From contig CAVWXU010000016.1 in assembly GCA_963759135.1 (NCBI GenBank), positions 146,998 through 210,997 on the forward strand: a DNA stretch of 64,000 bases. Direction: 5' to 3'. The translations under genes were made by a program, and so were the position numbers. The notes under the pieces were generated by a model. That model made no database searches. It was not told the DNA's origin and saw nothing but the letters and a program-made list of their open reading frames with translations. This DNA is from an uncultured Chloroflexia bacterium (GTDB taxonomy: Bacteria > Chloroflexota > Limnocylindria > Limnocylindrales > CSP1-4). Of the stretch, positions 44,303 to 56,100 are shown piece after piece (the stretch's first letter is position 1; each line of letters opens with the position of its first letter).

Positions 44303-45427
44303 ATGGCTACCAGTCGCGACTATTACGACGTCCTCGGCGTCCCTCGAGACGCCCCGGACGCCGACATCAAGCGCGCCTTCCGCAAGCTCGCGCAGCAGTG
44401 GCACCCGGACGTCAACACGGATCCCTCCGCGCACGAGCGCTTCAAGGAGATCAACGAGGCGTACCAGGTCCTGTCCGATCCGCAGCAGCGGCGCGCGTAC
44501 GACATGTTCGGGCGGGCCGGCGTGGGCACCGGGGGCGCGGAAGGCTACGGGCCGTTCGGCGGGTTCCAGGGGTTCGGCGACCTGTTCGACGCGTTCTTCG
44601 GTGCGGGGGCCGGCGGCGCGCAGACGCGGCGGGCGCGCCCCCCGGCCGGATCGGACCTGCGCTACGACCTCCGCATCACGTTCGAGGAGTCGATCCGGGG
44701 TGCGGAGAAGGAGATCGAGTTCTCGGCCCTCGACCGGTGCTCGACCTGTTCGGGATCGGGGGCCGAGCCGGGTTCCGCATCCGGGCGCTGCCCGCAGTGC
44801 AACGGGCTCGGGGAGATCCGCCAGGTGCGCAGCACGATGCTCGGGCAGATGGTGAACGTCAGCACCTGTCCCCGGTGTCATGGCGAGGGGAGCGTCGTCG
44901 AGACGCCCTGCCACGAGTGCCGCGGCGAGGGGCGCGTCCATCGCAAGCGGAAGCTCCGGGTGGCGATCCCGGCCGGGATCGACGAGGGCCACCAGATGCG
45001 ACTCACCGGCGAGGGCGAGGCGGGGCCGCGCGGTGGCACCGCCGGCAACCTGTACGTCGCGGTGCACATCGAGGAGCATCCCTCGCTCCGGCGCGAGGGC
45101 ACGGAGCTGTTCTTCGACCTCCCGCTCTCGATCACCCAGGCGGCGCTCGGCGCACGTGTGTCCGTGCCGACGGCAGAAGGCGAGGAGCAGCTCGAGGTCA
45201 AGGCGGGAACGCAGCCAGGGGCTGAGATCAGGATCCGCGGACGGGGCGTGCCCAATCTCCGCCGTCCCGGCGTCCGCGGCGACCTGCACGTCAGGGTGGA
45301 CGTGCGCGTGCCGACGCGACTCTCGAAGCGCCAGCGCGAGCTGCTCGAGGCGCTCGCCTCCGAATCCGGGGAACGGCCCGCCCGGTCGGGCGGGATCCTC
45401 GACAAGGTGAAGGACGCCATCAGCTGA
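44303..45427 (+). CDS. dnaJ: chaperone DnaJ
   Basis: J-domain HPD, four CxxCxGxG repeats. Confidence 0.97.
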   Translation: MATSRDYYDVLGVPRDAPDADIKRAFRKLAQQWHPDVNTDPSAHERFKEINEAYQVLSDPQQRRAYDMFGRAGVGTGGAEGYGPFGGFQGFGDLFDAFFGAGAGGAQTRRARPPAGSDLRYDLRITFEESIRGAEKEIEFSALDRCSTCSGSGAEPGSASGRCPQCNGLGEIRQVRSTMLGQMVNVSTCPRCHGEGSVVETPCHECRGEGRVHRKRKLRVAIPAGIDEGHQMRLTGEGEAGPRGGTAGNLYVAVHIEEHPSLRREGTELFFDLPLSITQAALGARVSVPTAEGEEQLEVKAGTQPGAEIRIRGRGVPNLRRPGVRGDLHVRVDVRVPTRLSKRQRELLEALASESGERPARSGGILDKVKDAIS

Positions 45428-45453
45428 GCGGACCGCAACGGAAGGCCGGATCG

Positions 45454-46469
45454 GTGGCCATCCGGAGTGTTGCGGGCGGCGGCGCTGCGCCGGCGCCCCG
45501 GCCCAGCCGGCGGCCGCCCAGCCGGCGACGTGGCTGGAGGTCTCGATCGCGGTCGACCACGAGGCGGTCGAGGCGGTCTGCGAGATCCTGTCGCGAGCAG
45601 CGACGGGCGGCGTGAGCGTCGAGCCGGCGTTCGCGCCGCTCGACGAGGGACTGGCAGCAAGCCTCGACTCGGCGCGACCGGTCCTGGTGCGAGCCTGGCT
45701 CCCGGACGCGGAAGCAGCTGCGACCGCCGACGCTGTCGAGCGGGTGCGGACGGCGCTCGGCCACCTGCAGGCGTTCGGGCTGCGTCCCATCGGCGAGCTT
45801 CGGACGGCCGTCGTGCGCGAGGCCGACTGGGCCGCGCAGGGGCGCGCTCACTTCCCGGTGCTCCGCATCGGGCAGCGCTTCGTGGTGCGGCCGACGTGGC
45901 GCCGGTACCGCCCGAGGTCTGGCGACATCGTGCTCGCGCTCGATCCCGGTGTCGCGTTCGGAACAGGGCTGCACCCGACCACCCAGCTCTGTCTGCTGGG
46001 ACTCGAGGCATGGGGCGCGGAGGGCAGGGTCGCCGGTGCTCGCGTCCTCGACGTGGGGGCCGGGTCGGGCATCCTGTCGCTCGGGGCCGCGCGGCTCGGG
46101 GCGGCGGCCGTGCTCGGTGTCGACACGGATCCGCTGGCGGCCGAGGCGACGGCCGCCAGCGCGCGCCGCAACCGGCTCTCGCACGCGATCCGGTCGCGGA
46201 CAGGGACGGTCCCGACCGGCGAGCCGCCGTTCGACCTCGTGCTGGCGAACCTCGTGGCCTCGGTCCTGGCTCAGCTGGCCGCCGCCCTGTACGCGGAGGT
46301 GCGGCGCGGAGATGGGACGGCCGGCTCTGGTGGCCGGCTCCTCGCGGGCGGCGTCATCTCGCCGCGCGAGGTCGAGGTCCGGCGCGCCTTCGCCGCGGCG
46401 GGCTTCCACCTCCTCCGCCGCTGGGAGGACGGCGACTGGGTGGCGATCGAGGCCGAGCGGGTCGACTGA
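45454..46469 (+). CDS. prmA: ribosomal protein L11 methyltransferase; probable 5' frameshift, start approximate
   Basis: WLEVSI, LDPGVAFGTGLHPTT, DVGAGSGIL, ANL. Confidence 0.9.
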
Positions 46470-46542
46470 TCCTCATGGCCCGGGTCGCGGCCGCATCGGT
46501 GGCACCATAGCGGCGACGACCGACCCAGCGGAGGGGACCAGC

Positions 46543-46893
46543 GTGGTCGAGGATGCGTGCCTGTTCTGCGGGATCGCCGCGAGCTCGATCCCCGCGACCG
46601 TCGTCTACGCCGACGACGAGGTCATGGCGTTCCGCGACGTCGCCCCGCGTGCCCCGGTCCACGTGCTCGTGATCCCGCGCCGTCACCTGGCGTCCCTGAT
46701 GGACCTGGGCGATGACGACGCGCCGTTGCTCGGCCACATGTTCTCGGTGGTCCGGGAAGTGGCCCGACGGGACGGGATCGCCGAGTCCGGGTTTCGCGTC
46801 GTGTCGAACGCCGGTCCGGACGGCGGCCAGACGGTGGGCCACCTGCACCTCCACGTGCTCGGCGGCCGGTTCATGACGTGGCCGCCCGGGTAG
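46543..46893 (+). CDS. histidine triad (HIT) nucleotide-binding protein
   Basis: CLFC, HVLVIP, GQTVGHLHLHVLGG. Confidence 0.93.
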   Translation: MVEDACLFCGIAASSIPATVVYADDEVMAFRDVAPRAPVHVLVIPRRHLASLMDLGDDDAPLLGHMFSVVREVARRDGIAESGFRVVSNAGPDGGQTVGHLHLHVLGGRFMTWPPG

Positions 46894-46896
46894 CCG

Positions 46897-47423
46897 ATGT
46901 CGACTCGTCCGTCTCGCTGCTCGTCGCCATCGCGGTCGCCGTGGGCGGTTGCGTCCCGCTCGCGTCCGGCGCGAGTCCGGCGCCCGTCTCGTCTCCGCAG
47001 GCCGCGCCCCCCGCCGTGGCGCAGACGGCGTCGGCTCTCGAGGCCGCGTGTCGCCGGGCCGGCTTCGGGCTCATCCCGGCGAACCAGCCGTACCGGCCGT
47101 CGGAGCCCCCCGACCTGATCCCCGTGCCCCGGACCGTGTACCAGGTCGTGCTTCCGAAGGATCCGGACGCCGGATACGTGGTCATCTACGAGGCGTCCGG
47201 CCCGGCGGAGGCGGCGGCGCTCGCGACCTCGATGCAGCGGTACCTCGAAAGCGGGTTCGGGCAGACCAACTTCCCGACGGATGCGCAGTTCGCCGTCCAG
47301 GTCTACGGCCCGACGGTCGTCTTCGGCTGGTACTCGCCCGGGGGAAGCGCGGATCCCACGACCGCGGCGGCCGCGCTCCACGTGGTGCAGTCGTTCGGGC
47401 AGGCGTTCCCCGTCGTGCGGTAG
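46897..47423 (+). CDS. putative lipoprotein (probable frameshift just after the start)
   Basis: LLVAIAVAVGGC lipobox-like signal; soluble domain of unknown family. Confidence 0.65.
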
Positions 47424-47493
47424 GAACGAGCTCGTGGCGTCGCGACGCCCCGGTCTGCGTGTTCCTCCCGCCGTGCGCCGTGCGCGACCCGAG

Positions 47494-48438
47494 TCAGATG
47501 CGCTGCAAAATCTCGCGCCGTTTGACGTCGTACTCCGCCTGGCGTGACCAGGCCGCCCGCTCGCAGCTCTTCGAGCTGGAGCAGCGCTTCCCGGGCGGTC
47601 GAGCGCGGTTCCGGGTACGGACGGCGCGGCTGCGAGTTCCCGGCGGGTTGTGTCCGCGCGCCAGCGGACCTGACGTCGAGCACCGCGGCCGGCGTCAGCC
47701 CGAGTTCGGCCGCGTAGGCGGCCACGCCGATCTCCTGCCAGCGCGCCTCCGCGTGCGCGATCGCGAAAAGACCGATCCAGCGCGCCAGTTCCTCGTAGTG
47801 GTCGGGCCTGGCCCGGGCGGCGAAGAAGCCGGACGGGTTGGCGATGCTGAAGGAGGCCGCGCCCAAGTCAGTGGCGTGGATCACCAAAAGGTCGCCACGC
47901 GGCATGCCCGGCGCCGTCGGTATCCGCGCTCCTTCGATCCACGTCCCGTCCCACGGCGGAGAGCCCCGGGTCTTGCCGCTGCCCGGGCTCGCACCCAGGA
48001 TGGTTGCCGCCGGGACCGAGACAAGCGTCCGGCCTCCGCCGGTTGCGCTTAGGACCAGGGCGCCGGACGCCGCTCGGATCTCGGGCGTCGATCGACTTCG
48101 CCGGGTCGCCTAGCACGCCGAGGGCGCGGTAGGTCAGCCCGCCGCCGATGTAATCGATCATTTGGGCGGCATCGACTTCCTCGGCGAGCTCCGGCAATGG
48201 CTGCGCCGAGACGGAGCGCCGGAGCGCAAGGAGGATCGACGTTCGTCGGATCGATTCTTTCGCCGCCTGCGGTGACCGTGGGGTCGCCGGCTATGGACTC
48301 CGCCCCCAAGTCCGCGCCCTGGAGCATCTCCGCGTAGCGGGACGGACGGCGTGCGCCGCACCCCGGACAACGATCGAAGAACGGATGGACATACCCACTG
48401 CATGATTGACAGAGCAGGTCAGCGAGAGCGAGGTGCAC
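47494..48438 (-). CDS. hypothetical protein with N-terminal Zn ribbon and C-terminal SHOCT-like domain; several frameshifts
   Basis: CQSC...CPGC; [21 protein letters not shown]; TAAGCT + 6 nt + GTG start. Confidence 0.6.
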
Positions 48439-48600
48439 GCATCAAGCTTACTCGGGCCCCGCGTTGACCGCATACCGCGGCTCCGCTATGCTCCGTCGGC
48501 CCTCGCGCGGTGCGTCGTTTGTCGCCGCGCGCACGTCGGATTCGTCTGGCATCGGACGGCGTGTCGAGGCGAAGTCCCGGCCAGGGGAGGTGATTCCGGA

Positions 48601-48780
48601 TTGGCTGAAGTCCGCGTCGGGGAAAACGAGACCTTCGAGAGTGCGCTCCGCCGCTTCAACAAGAAGATCCAGCAGAGCGGGATACTCGCGGAGGCTCGAC
48701 GCCGCGAGCACTACGAGAAGCCGAGCGTGAAGCGCAAGCGCAAGGAAGCCAAGCGCAAGAAGGCCGCGCGCCAGGGCTAG
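48601..48780 (+). CDS. rpsU: 30S ribosomal protein bS21
   Basis: GGAGGTG RBS + TTG; [18 protein letters not shown]. Confidence 0.95.
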   Translation: MAEVRVGENETFESALRRFNKKIQQSGILAEARRREHYEKPSVKRKRKEAKRKKAARQG

Positions 48781-48893
48781 GTCGTCCGGGGTCGCCGCCG
48801 GCGGGCACGGCGACCCACGTCGACCAGCCGACAGCGGCCCGGCCCTCCGGCCGGTCCCGGTCGCCGGGGGGCGCACCCCGGGAGCCATCATCC

Positions 48894-49362
48894 GTGACAC
48901 TCGCAGAGCGATTGCAGGCCGACATGACGACGGCGATGCGCGAGCACGACGAGGTGCGTCGCGACGCGCTGCGCATGGCGCTCGCCGCGCTCCACCGCGC
49001 CGAGAAGGACGCTCGCCATCCGCTGAGCTCCGACGACGAGGTCGGGGTGCTCACGCGCGAGATCCGCACCCGCCGGGAGTCAATGGATGCGTTCGCCGGC
49101 GGCGGCCGGCCCGACCTCGCCGCCGATGAGCAGCGCAAGCTCGACGTGCTCGAACCCCTACATGCCCGCCCAGCTCGGCGACGACGAGCTCGACGCGCTG
49201 ATCGGGGCCGCGATCGACGAGACCGGCGCAGTCGTGCCTCGTGACCTGGGCCGCGTCATGAAGGTCCTCGCGCCGCGCGTGCGGGGCCGTGCAGACGGAC
49301 GCCAGGTGCACTCGCTGGTCACTCGAGAGCTGGCCCGCCGCGCGGCGGGCGGCGGCCGCTGA
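48894..49362 (+). CDS. GatB/YqeY domain protein; frameshift near 49155
   Basis: L..DMTTAM, RRES..AF..GGRPDL, YMPAQL, DLGRVM, RADG. Confidence 0.88.
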
Positions 49363-51515
49363 TGCTCGCGCGGCAGGCGGGCCCCTCGCTCGCGGCCTTC
49401 ACCCGCCGCGACGCCCTGCGGCTCGTCATCTCCGCGACGCTCCTGATCGGCGTCCTGACCGCCATCCTGTCGATCGACATCGTCCCGGCGGCGTACAAGG
49501 TGTCGGCGGGCGACATCGCACCCGCAACGATCCTGGCCCCTCGGACGGTCACCTTCGTGAGCCAGGTTCTCACCTCGCAGGCGCAGGCCGCCGCCGAGCA
49601 GGGGGTGCCTCCCCAGTACGACTACACGGCCCAGAAGGGCGATCTGGCCGCCGCCCGCCAGACGGCGGAGTTCGACCGGATCGTGGCGCCCGTGGACGCC
49701 GCGTTCGGTGCCGTGCTCTCCGACGCCGCCCGCAGAGCGGCCCTCGCGGGCGCTCTGCCGAACCTGTCGTCGACCGCGCTCACCACGCTGCAGGGGCTCG
49801 ACGGCGCGGCCTGGACCACGCTGCGCGACGACATGCGGCGGGTCCTCGACGTGACCCAGCAGGCCGAAGTGCGCGATTCCGAGCTCGATGCGGCCCGGCA
49901 GGCGCTGCCGTCGGCCATGCCGGCCGACCTCCCCTCGGATCAGCGCGCGCTGGCCGGCGAGATCATCGTGCCGCTCCTCGTCGCCAACTCCTCGTACGAC
50001 GCGGCGGCGACCCAGGCCGCGCGCGCCGCGGCGGTGCAGGACACGCAGCCGGTGACCGTCACGGTCCAGCAGAACGAGGTCATCGTCGACCAGGGGCACA
50101 CCATCGCGCCCACCGACATGGAGAAGATCCAGGCGCTCGGCCTCGAGAACTCGCAGCCCGACCCCGCGAAGCTGGCGGGGTGGTTCCTGCTCGCCGCCCT
50201 CGTCGTGGCGCTGCTCCTGGCCTGGGTCTGGCGGTACCGGCCCGAATTCTGGCACCGGGACAACGCCCTGCTGCTCGTTGGGCTGCTGCTCGCGGGTGCC
50301 GCGCTCGCACTGAAGCTCACGGCGGGGCGGTCGGTCATGCCGTTCTTCATCCCGGTCGCCACGGTGGCGCTCCTCCTGACGATCCTGCTCGACAGCGGCG
50401 CCGCCGTCGTCGTGCTGGGGACGCTCGCCGTGATGGCCGGCGCGGTATCCGGGACAGTCGAGCTCGCCGCCTACGTCTTCCTCGGCGGGCTGGTCGGGAT
50501 CGTCGTGCTGCACCGCGGTGACCGCTTCCACCGTTTCGCGCAGGCCGGCGTCGCGATGGCGGCCGTGAACGCGACGGTGGTGGCCATCTTCACCCTGCTG
50601 GGCGAGCGGGACCTCACGGGCGTCCTCCAGCTGTGGGGCGCCTCGATCGCCGCCGCCGGCGGGTCGGCCGTCGTCGCCGTCGGGACGTTCGCCGTGCTCG
50701 GCAACCTGTTCGGCATCACCACCAGCTTCCAGCTCCTCGAGCTGGCGAATCCGTCCCAGCCCCTGCTGCGTCGGCTCCTGCTCGAGACTCCGGGTACCTA
50801 CCACCACTCGCTGATGGTGGGGAACCTGGCCGAACGTGCGGCCGAGTCCATCGGCGCCGACCCGCTGCTGGCGCGCGTTGCCGCCTACTACCACGACATC
50901 GGGAAGCTGGCGAACCCGGCGGCGTTCATCGAGAACCAGGCGGGCCAGGGCAACGTGCACGACATGCTGACGCCCGAAGAGTCGGCTGCCGTGCTGAAGG
51001 GGCATGTCGCCAGCGGAATCGACCTGGCATACGAGTTCGGGCTGCCCAAGGCGATCATCGCGTTCATACCCCAGCACCACGGCACGGCGCTGATGAGCTA
51101 CTTCTACGCGAAGGCGAAGGAGCAGGCGGTGGAGGCGGCGGGCGCGGTGCGGGGCACGCCCGAGGCGGCCGCCGCCGAGGCGTCCGTCGACCAGGCCCGC
51201 TTCCGCCACGCGGGTCCAAAGCCGCAGAGCCGGGAAGCCGCGATCCTGATGCTCTCCGACGGCGTGGAGGCATCCGTCCGCTCGCTCACGGGACACGACG
51301 AGTCGACGATCCGGGCGATGGTGAACCGCATCATCCACGAGCGGCTGGAGGACGGGCAGTTCGACGAATGCGACCTCACCCTGCGGGACCTGGAGCGGAT
51401 CCGCGAGGCGTTCGTCGCGCAGCTGCTGGGGATGTACCACCAGCGCATCGAGTACCCGCAGAACAAGATCGTGGAGCTGGAATCGCGGCGGATCGCGGGC
51501 GCCGGCAGGTCGTGA
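49362..51515 (+). CDS. 7TM-HD phosphohydrolase (PgpH-like cyclic di-AMP phosphodiesterase family)
   Basis: Extracellular domain, 7 TM segments, PGTYHHS, YYHDIGK, QHHGT, H.RIEYP. Confidence 0.9.
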   Translation: MLARQAGPSLAAFTRRDALRLVISATLLIGVLTAILSIDIVPAAYKVSAGDIAPATILAPRTVTFVSQVLTSQAQAAAEQGVPPQYDYTAQKGDLAAARQTAEFDRIVAPVDAAFGAVLSDAARRAALAGALPNLSSTALTTLQGLDGAAWTTLRDDMRRVLDVTQQAEVRDSELDAARQALPSAMPADLPSDQRALAGEIIVPLLVANSSYDAAATQAARAAAVQDTQPVTVTVQQNEVIVDQGHTIAPTDMEKIQALGLENSQPDPAKLAGWFLLAALVVALLLAWVWRYRPEFWHRDNALLLVGLLLAGAALALKLTAGRSVMPFFIPVATVALLLTILLDSGAAVVVLGTLAVMAGAVSGTVELAAYVFLGGLVGIVVLHRGDRFHRFAQAGVAMAAVNATVVAIFTLLGERDLTGVLQLWGASIAAAGGSAVVAVGTFAVLGNLFGITTSFQLLELANPSQPLLRRLLLETPGTYHHSLMVGNLAERAAESIGADPLLARVAAYYHDIGKLANPAAFIENQAGQGNVHDMLTPEESAAVLKGHVASGIDLAYEFGLPKAIIAFIPQHHGTALMSYFYAKAKEQAVEAAGAVRGTPEAAAAEASVDQARFRHAGPKPQSREAAILMLSDGVEASVRSLTGHDESTIRAMVNRIIHERLEDGQFDECDLTLRDLERIREAFVAQLLGMYHQRIEYPQNKIVELESRRIAGAGRS

Positions 51516-52087
51516 CGCATCCCGGGCCGTCCGTCCGGTACATCCCGCCGTGGCGCATCGAGCTCTCCGTTCGACCCGGCGTGCCGCGCCTGGTGCCGCT
51601 GGCGCGGATCGCCAGGCTGGTGGATGCGGCGCTCCGGGCGGCGAGCGCCCCGGCTCCGGCCTCCGTCGCAGTGATCCTGGCCGACGACGACGAGCTGGCG
51701 TCGCTGAACGCACGGGCGATGGGCAAGGAGGGTCCGACCGACGTGCTCTCGTTCCCGTTGCTCCCCGCGGGGGCATTCCCGGCCCACGACGGGAAGGGCG
51801 GCGGCGCCGGTTCGGCGCAGGCTCTCCCGGCATTCGTTCTGCCGCCCGGCACTCGCCCCCATCTGGGCGACATCGTCGTGTCGGTGGAGCGCGCGGTGGA
51901 GCAGGCGGTCGAGGGCCGCGGCGGCCAGACCGGGAGGATCGCGTGGGCTCCAGCCGACGAGCTCGCGCTGCTGATCGTGCACGGCGTCCTCCACCTGTGC
52001 GGGTGGGATCACGCCGACGAGGTCGAAGAGGCCGCGATGCGTCGCCTCGAGATGTCGATCCTCGCGTCCCGCCCGCGGCCGGGCTGA
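51512..52087 (+). CDS. ybeY: rRNA maturation endoribonuclease YbeY
   Basis: PTDVLSF, LGDIVVS, HGVLHLCGWDH. Confidence 0.92.
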   Translation: MTHPGPSVRYIPPWRIELSVRPGVPRLVPLARIARLVDAALRAASAPAPASVAVILADDDELASLNARAMGKEGPTDVLSFPLLPAGAFPAHDGKGGGAGSAQALPAFVLPPGTRPHLGDIVVSVERAVEQAVEGRGGQTGRIAWAPADELALLIVHGVLHLCGWDHADEVEEAAMRRLEMSILASRPRPG

Positions 52088-52168
52088 CCGCAGGCGCGAG
52101 CGGGCTGACCGCCGGCGCAAGCGACCGCGGCGGGCTGACCGCCGGCGCAAGCTGACCGCGGGCGCGAG
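52079..52168. repeat. imperfect tandem array repeating the ybeY stop region (GCTGACCGCCGGCGCAAGC-like x4)
   Basis: Read directly; followed by TGcTACCAT extended -10 at 52171. Confidence 0.75.
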
Positions 52169-52257
52169 GCTGCTACCATCCATGACGGCCCGCGGGAGAC
52201 CGGTTCGGGCCCTTTTCCTATGCCGCGGCGCGGGACTGCGGCGGGCACGGAGGCCGC

Positions 52258-53142
52258 GTGAAGATCGTCGTGGGGCTGGGGAACCCCGGCCCGAAGTACG
52301 CGGAGACCCGCCACAACGTCGGCTGGATGGTACTGGACCGGCTCGCCGATCGAGCCGGGATCTCCGGGCGCGGCAAGGAGCGCGACGCCGCCATCACCGT
52401 CCGGGGCCGGCTCGCCGACCTCGACATCGTCCTGGTCAAGCCCCTGACCTTCATGAACGACTCGGGGATCGCCGTCCGCAAGATCCTCGCCCGCGAACGC
52501 GAACCCCACGAGCACATGCTGGTGGTCGTGGACGACTTCGCGCTCCCGTTCGGCCGCCTGCGCATCCGGCCGGACGGCACGCACGGCGGGCACAACGGCC
52601 TGCGCTCGATCGTCGCGGAACTCGAGACGCAGCGCTTCGCCAGGCTGCGGGTCGGGATCGGGGAGCCGCGCCGGGACGCGATCGACCACGTGCTCAGCCG
52701 CTTCTCCGGAGAAGAACGGAGACTCCTGCCCGACCTGCTGGACGCCGCGGCCGACGCGGTCGAGACGTGGGCGCGCGAGGGGGCCACCACCGCCGCGAAC
52801 CAGTGGAACGGCTGGACGCTCGGGGGCGCGGGGACGGCCGCGCCCGCAGCGGGGACGGCCGCCCCGGCGTCGGAGCAGCGGCGCCGGCGTCGGGAGCAGC
52901 CGCGCCGGCGTCGGGAGCAGCCGCGCCCGTGTCGGGGCCCCCAGGGCAGCGCGGCGGGCAGGACGGCCCACCGCCGTCCGGCAGGGAACCCGGCGGCGCG
53001 GGGGACGTGCCGAGCGCACCATGACGAGGCCCCCGCACCAGGCGAGATCGGCGGAGAGGCAGGACCGGATGGCATCCGGCGCACCCGGACGGGGTGGCGC
53101 CGAGTCCTGCCGCACGGTCGCGACCGGGACGCGCGCGCGTGA
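52258..53142 (+). CDS. pth: peptidyl-tRNA hydrolase with repeat-containing C-terminal extension
   Basis: VGLGNPG, TRHNVG, KPLTFMN, GGHNG, RLRVGIG; 21-bp repeats at about 52830-52935. Confidence 0.93.
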   Translation: MKIVVGLGNPGPKYAETRHNVGWMVLDRLADRAGISGRGKERDAAITVRGRLADLDIVLVKPLTFMNDSGIAVRKILAREREPHEHMLVVVDDFALPFGRLRIRPDGTHGGHNGLRSIVAELETQRFARLRVGIGEPRRDAIDHVLSRFSGEERRLLPDLLDAAADAVETWAREGATTAANQWNGWTLGGAGTAAPAAGTAAPASEQRRRRREQPRRRREQPRPCRGPQGSAAGRTAHRRPAGNPAARGTCRAHHDEAPAPGEIGGEAGPDGIRRTRTGWRRVLPHGRDRDARA

Positions 53143-53182
53143 CGCTCGCTCCGCGTGACCGAACGCTCCGCGTGGCGCTCCG

Positions 53183-56100
53183 GTGACCGATCAGCGCCTG
53201 CGCGGCCGCAGGGGCCGCGACCGGCACATCGCCGAGGCGTCGGCGGCGCTGGCCGGGCGTTCCCCCAGCGTCCGGAGAATGGACGCGCCGGCCGTTCCCG
53301 GCAGGGTGCGGACCGCCAATCTCTCGGTCGCTGCCTCCGCTCCTGGCGCGGACCGCCGAGCTTCGCGCCCTCGCCGAGCGATACGCGACGGTCCGCGCGG
53401 GACGCGTTGGGCGCGACCTGCGGCACGTCACGTTCGCCGGCATGCCTCACGGTGCCAAGACGTTCCTCGCCGCGGCGCTCGCGAGCGCGACAGGCGAGCG
53501 CCTGGCCTGGGTCGCGCGTGACGCCGAGATCGCCGACCGCGTGGCAGAGGAACTCGCCGCGTGGCTGGGAGATCCGTCCGCAATCGTGGTGCTCGAGCCG
53601 CGCACGGCACTCGCGTACGAGCGCGGGGAGCTGGTCCGTGACGAGACGGCCGCACGGGTGGCCGCGATCGCCGCGTGGCGGACGGGCGCCGCGGACGGAG
53701 GCGCGACGGATGGGGGTGCCGCGGAGCAGCGCGCCCCGGCTCGCATCCTGGTCACGAGCCCCCAGGCCCTGCTCCAGCGCACCCTCCCGTCGGACGCCTT
53801 CCCTGCCGCGCCGCTGGTCCTGCGGCGAGGAGCGCGCCTCCCCCAGGAACGGCTGCTGCGCGAGCTGATCGACCTCGGGTACGACGCCGTCACGGAGGTG
53901 GGCGGACGGGGCGAGTTCGCGAGGCGCGGCGGCATCGTCGACCTGTTCCCACCCGGCCAGTCGCTCCCCGTGCGCGCCGAGTTCTTCGGCGACGAGATCG
54001 ACTCCCTGCGCGCGTTCGACCCCGCGGACCAGCGCTCGACCGGCGCGGTCGCCCACGCCGTCGTGCTGCCCGCCGGCGAGTTCCTGTTCCCGCCCGACAC
54101 TCCGGCGCTGCTGCGGGGACGGCTCGGGCGCCTCGCCGGGCGGCTGCCGCCGCTGCTGGCCGCCGACCTCGAGCGCATGACCGTCGCGCGGCAGCCCGGG
54201 GACGCGGCCGAGGTCTGGGCCGGCGTGCTCGCGCCCGCCACGGGCGCAGATCACGTCGGTGACGCGATCTGGCTCCTGGACGAACCGGCCGACGTTGACC
54301 AGGCCGCCACGTTCCTCTGGGAGCAGTCCGAGGAACGCCGCCGCGAACTGGAGGAATCCGGCGAGTTGCCGGCGGGCTGGCCGGAGGCGTACCTCGACCA
54401 CGGGCGGTGGCACCGGGCCCTCCACGAGGCGAGAACGCTGGAGCTGACATGGGAGAGCGACGCCGAAGGCGCGCCGCCGGGCGGCAACCCGTTCGGGTGG
54501 CGCGAGCCGGCGCTCCCTCCCCAGCGCATCGCGGGGATCAGCGAGGCGCTCGCGCGATGGCGGGCGGACGGCCGCCGTGTCGTGGTGACGTCCGACCAGT
54601 CGGCCCGACTCGCGGAGCTGCTCGAGGAGGGCGGAATCCTCGCGACCCCCACCAGCCGGCTCGACGAGCGCCCCGGCCGCGGGATCCGTCGCGCTGGTCG
54701 ATCGCAGCCTCAACAGCGGCTTCGAGGACGGACCGGAAGGGCTCGTCGTCCTCACGGACCGCGAGCTGTTCGGGTCCGTTCGCGTCAGGCGTCCCCGGGC
54801 GCTGCGCCGCGTGGTCCCCCGCGACCTGCTGGAGCGACTGACCCCCGGCGATCTCGTGGTCCACGTCGACCACGGCATCGCGCGGTACGGCGGGATCGTG
54901 CGCCGCAGCGTCGGCACGTCCGACGGGGCTCGCGACTACCTCGAGCTCGACTTCGCCGGCGCCGACCGCATCTACCTGCCGGTCGAGCAGGTCGATCGGA
55001 TCAGCCGGTACTCCGGCGGCGAGAACCCGTCGCTCTCCAAGCTGGGCGGCGGCGAGTGGCAGCGAACGAGGGCCCGTGTCCGGCGCGCCGTCACCGATCT
55101 CGCGAAGGAGCTGCTCGAGCTGTACTCGGATCGTGCGCAGGCTCGCGGGCACGCGTTCTCGCCCGACACGCCGTGGCAGCAGGAGATGGAGGCCGCGTTC
55201 CCGTACGAGGAGACGCCCGACCAGGCGCGCGCCGTCGTGGAGGCCAAGGCCGACATGGAGCGGACGCAGCCGATGGACCGGCTCGTCGTGGGCGACGTGG
55301 GCTACGGCAAGACCGAGGTGGCGCTCCGGGCGGCATTCAAGGCGATCCAGGATGGGACACAGGTCGCCGTGCTGGTGCCCACGACCATCCTCGCGCAGCA
55401 GCACTTCGCCACCTTCCAGCAGCGACTCGCGGCCTACCCGATCACCGTGCGGATCCTCAGCCGGTTCGTCTCCGCGCCCGACCAGCAGGCCACGATCGAC
55501 GGGCTCGCACGCGGCACCGTCGACCTCGTGATCGGCACGCACCGCCTGCTGTCGAAGGACGTGCGCTTCTCCAACCTGGGGCTCGTGGTGGTCGACGAGG
55601 AGCAGCGGTTCGGCGTGGCGCACAAGGAGCGCCTGAAGCAGCTGCGTCGCTCCGTGGACGTGGTGACCCTGTCCGCGACGCCCATCCCCCGCACGCTGAA
55701 CATGGCGCTCTCCGGCGTTCGGGACATGAGCGTCATCGAGACGCCGCCGGAGGACCGACTCCCCATCCAGACGCGCGTCGCGGAGGCATCGGCCGGCCTG
55801 GTCCGCGACGCCATCCTTCGCGAGCTCGACCGGGGCGGCCAGGCGTTCTACGTCCACAACCGGATCGAGACGATCGAAGCGCAGGCCGAGCAGCTGCGCC
55901 GGCTCCTCCCGCAGGCCCGGATCGCGGTGGCGCACGGCCAGATGCCGGAAGGGCAGCTCGAGCGGGTGATGCTGGCCTTCGCGGCCGGGGCGTGGGACGT
56001 CCTCGTCTGCACCACGATCATCGAGTCAGGGCTGGACATCCCCAACGTCAACACGATCGTCATCGACCGTGCCGACGCGCTCGGCCTCGCCCAGCTGTAC

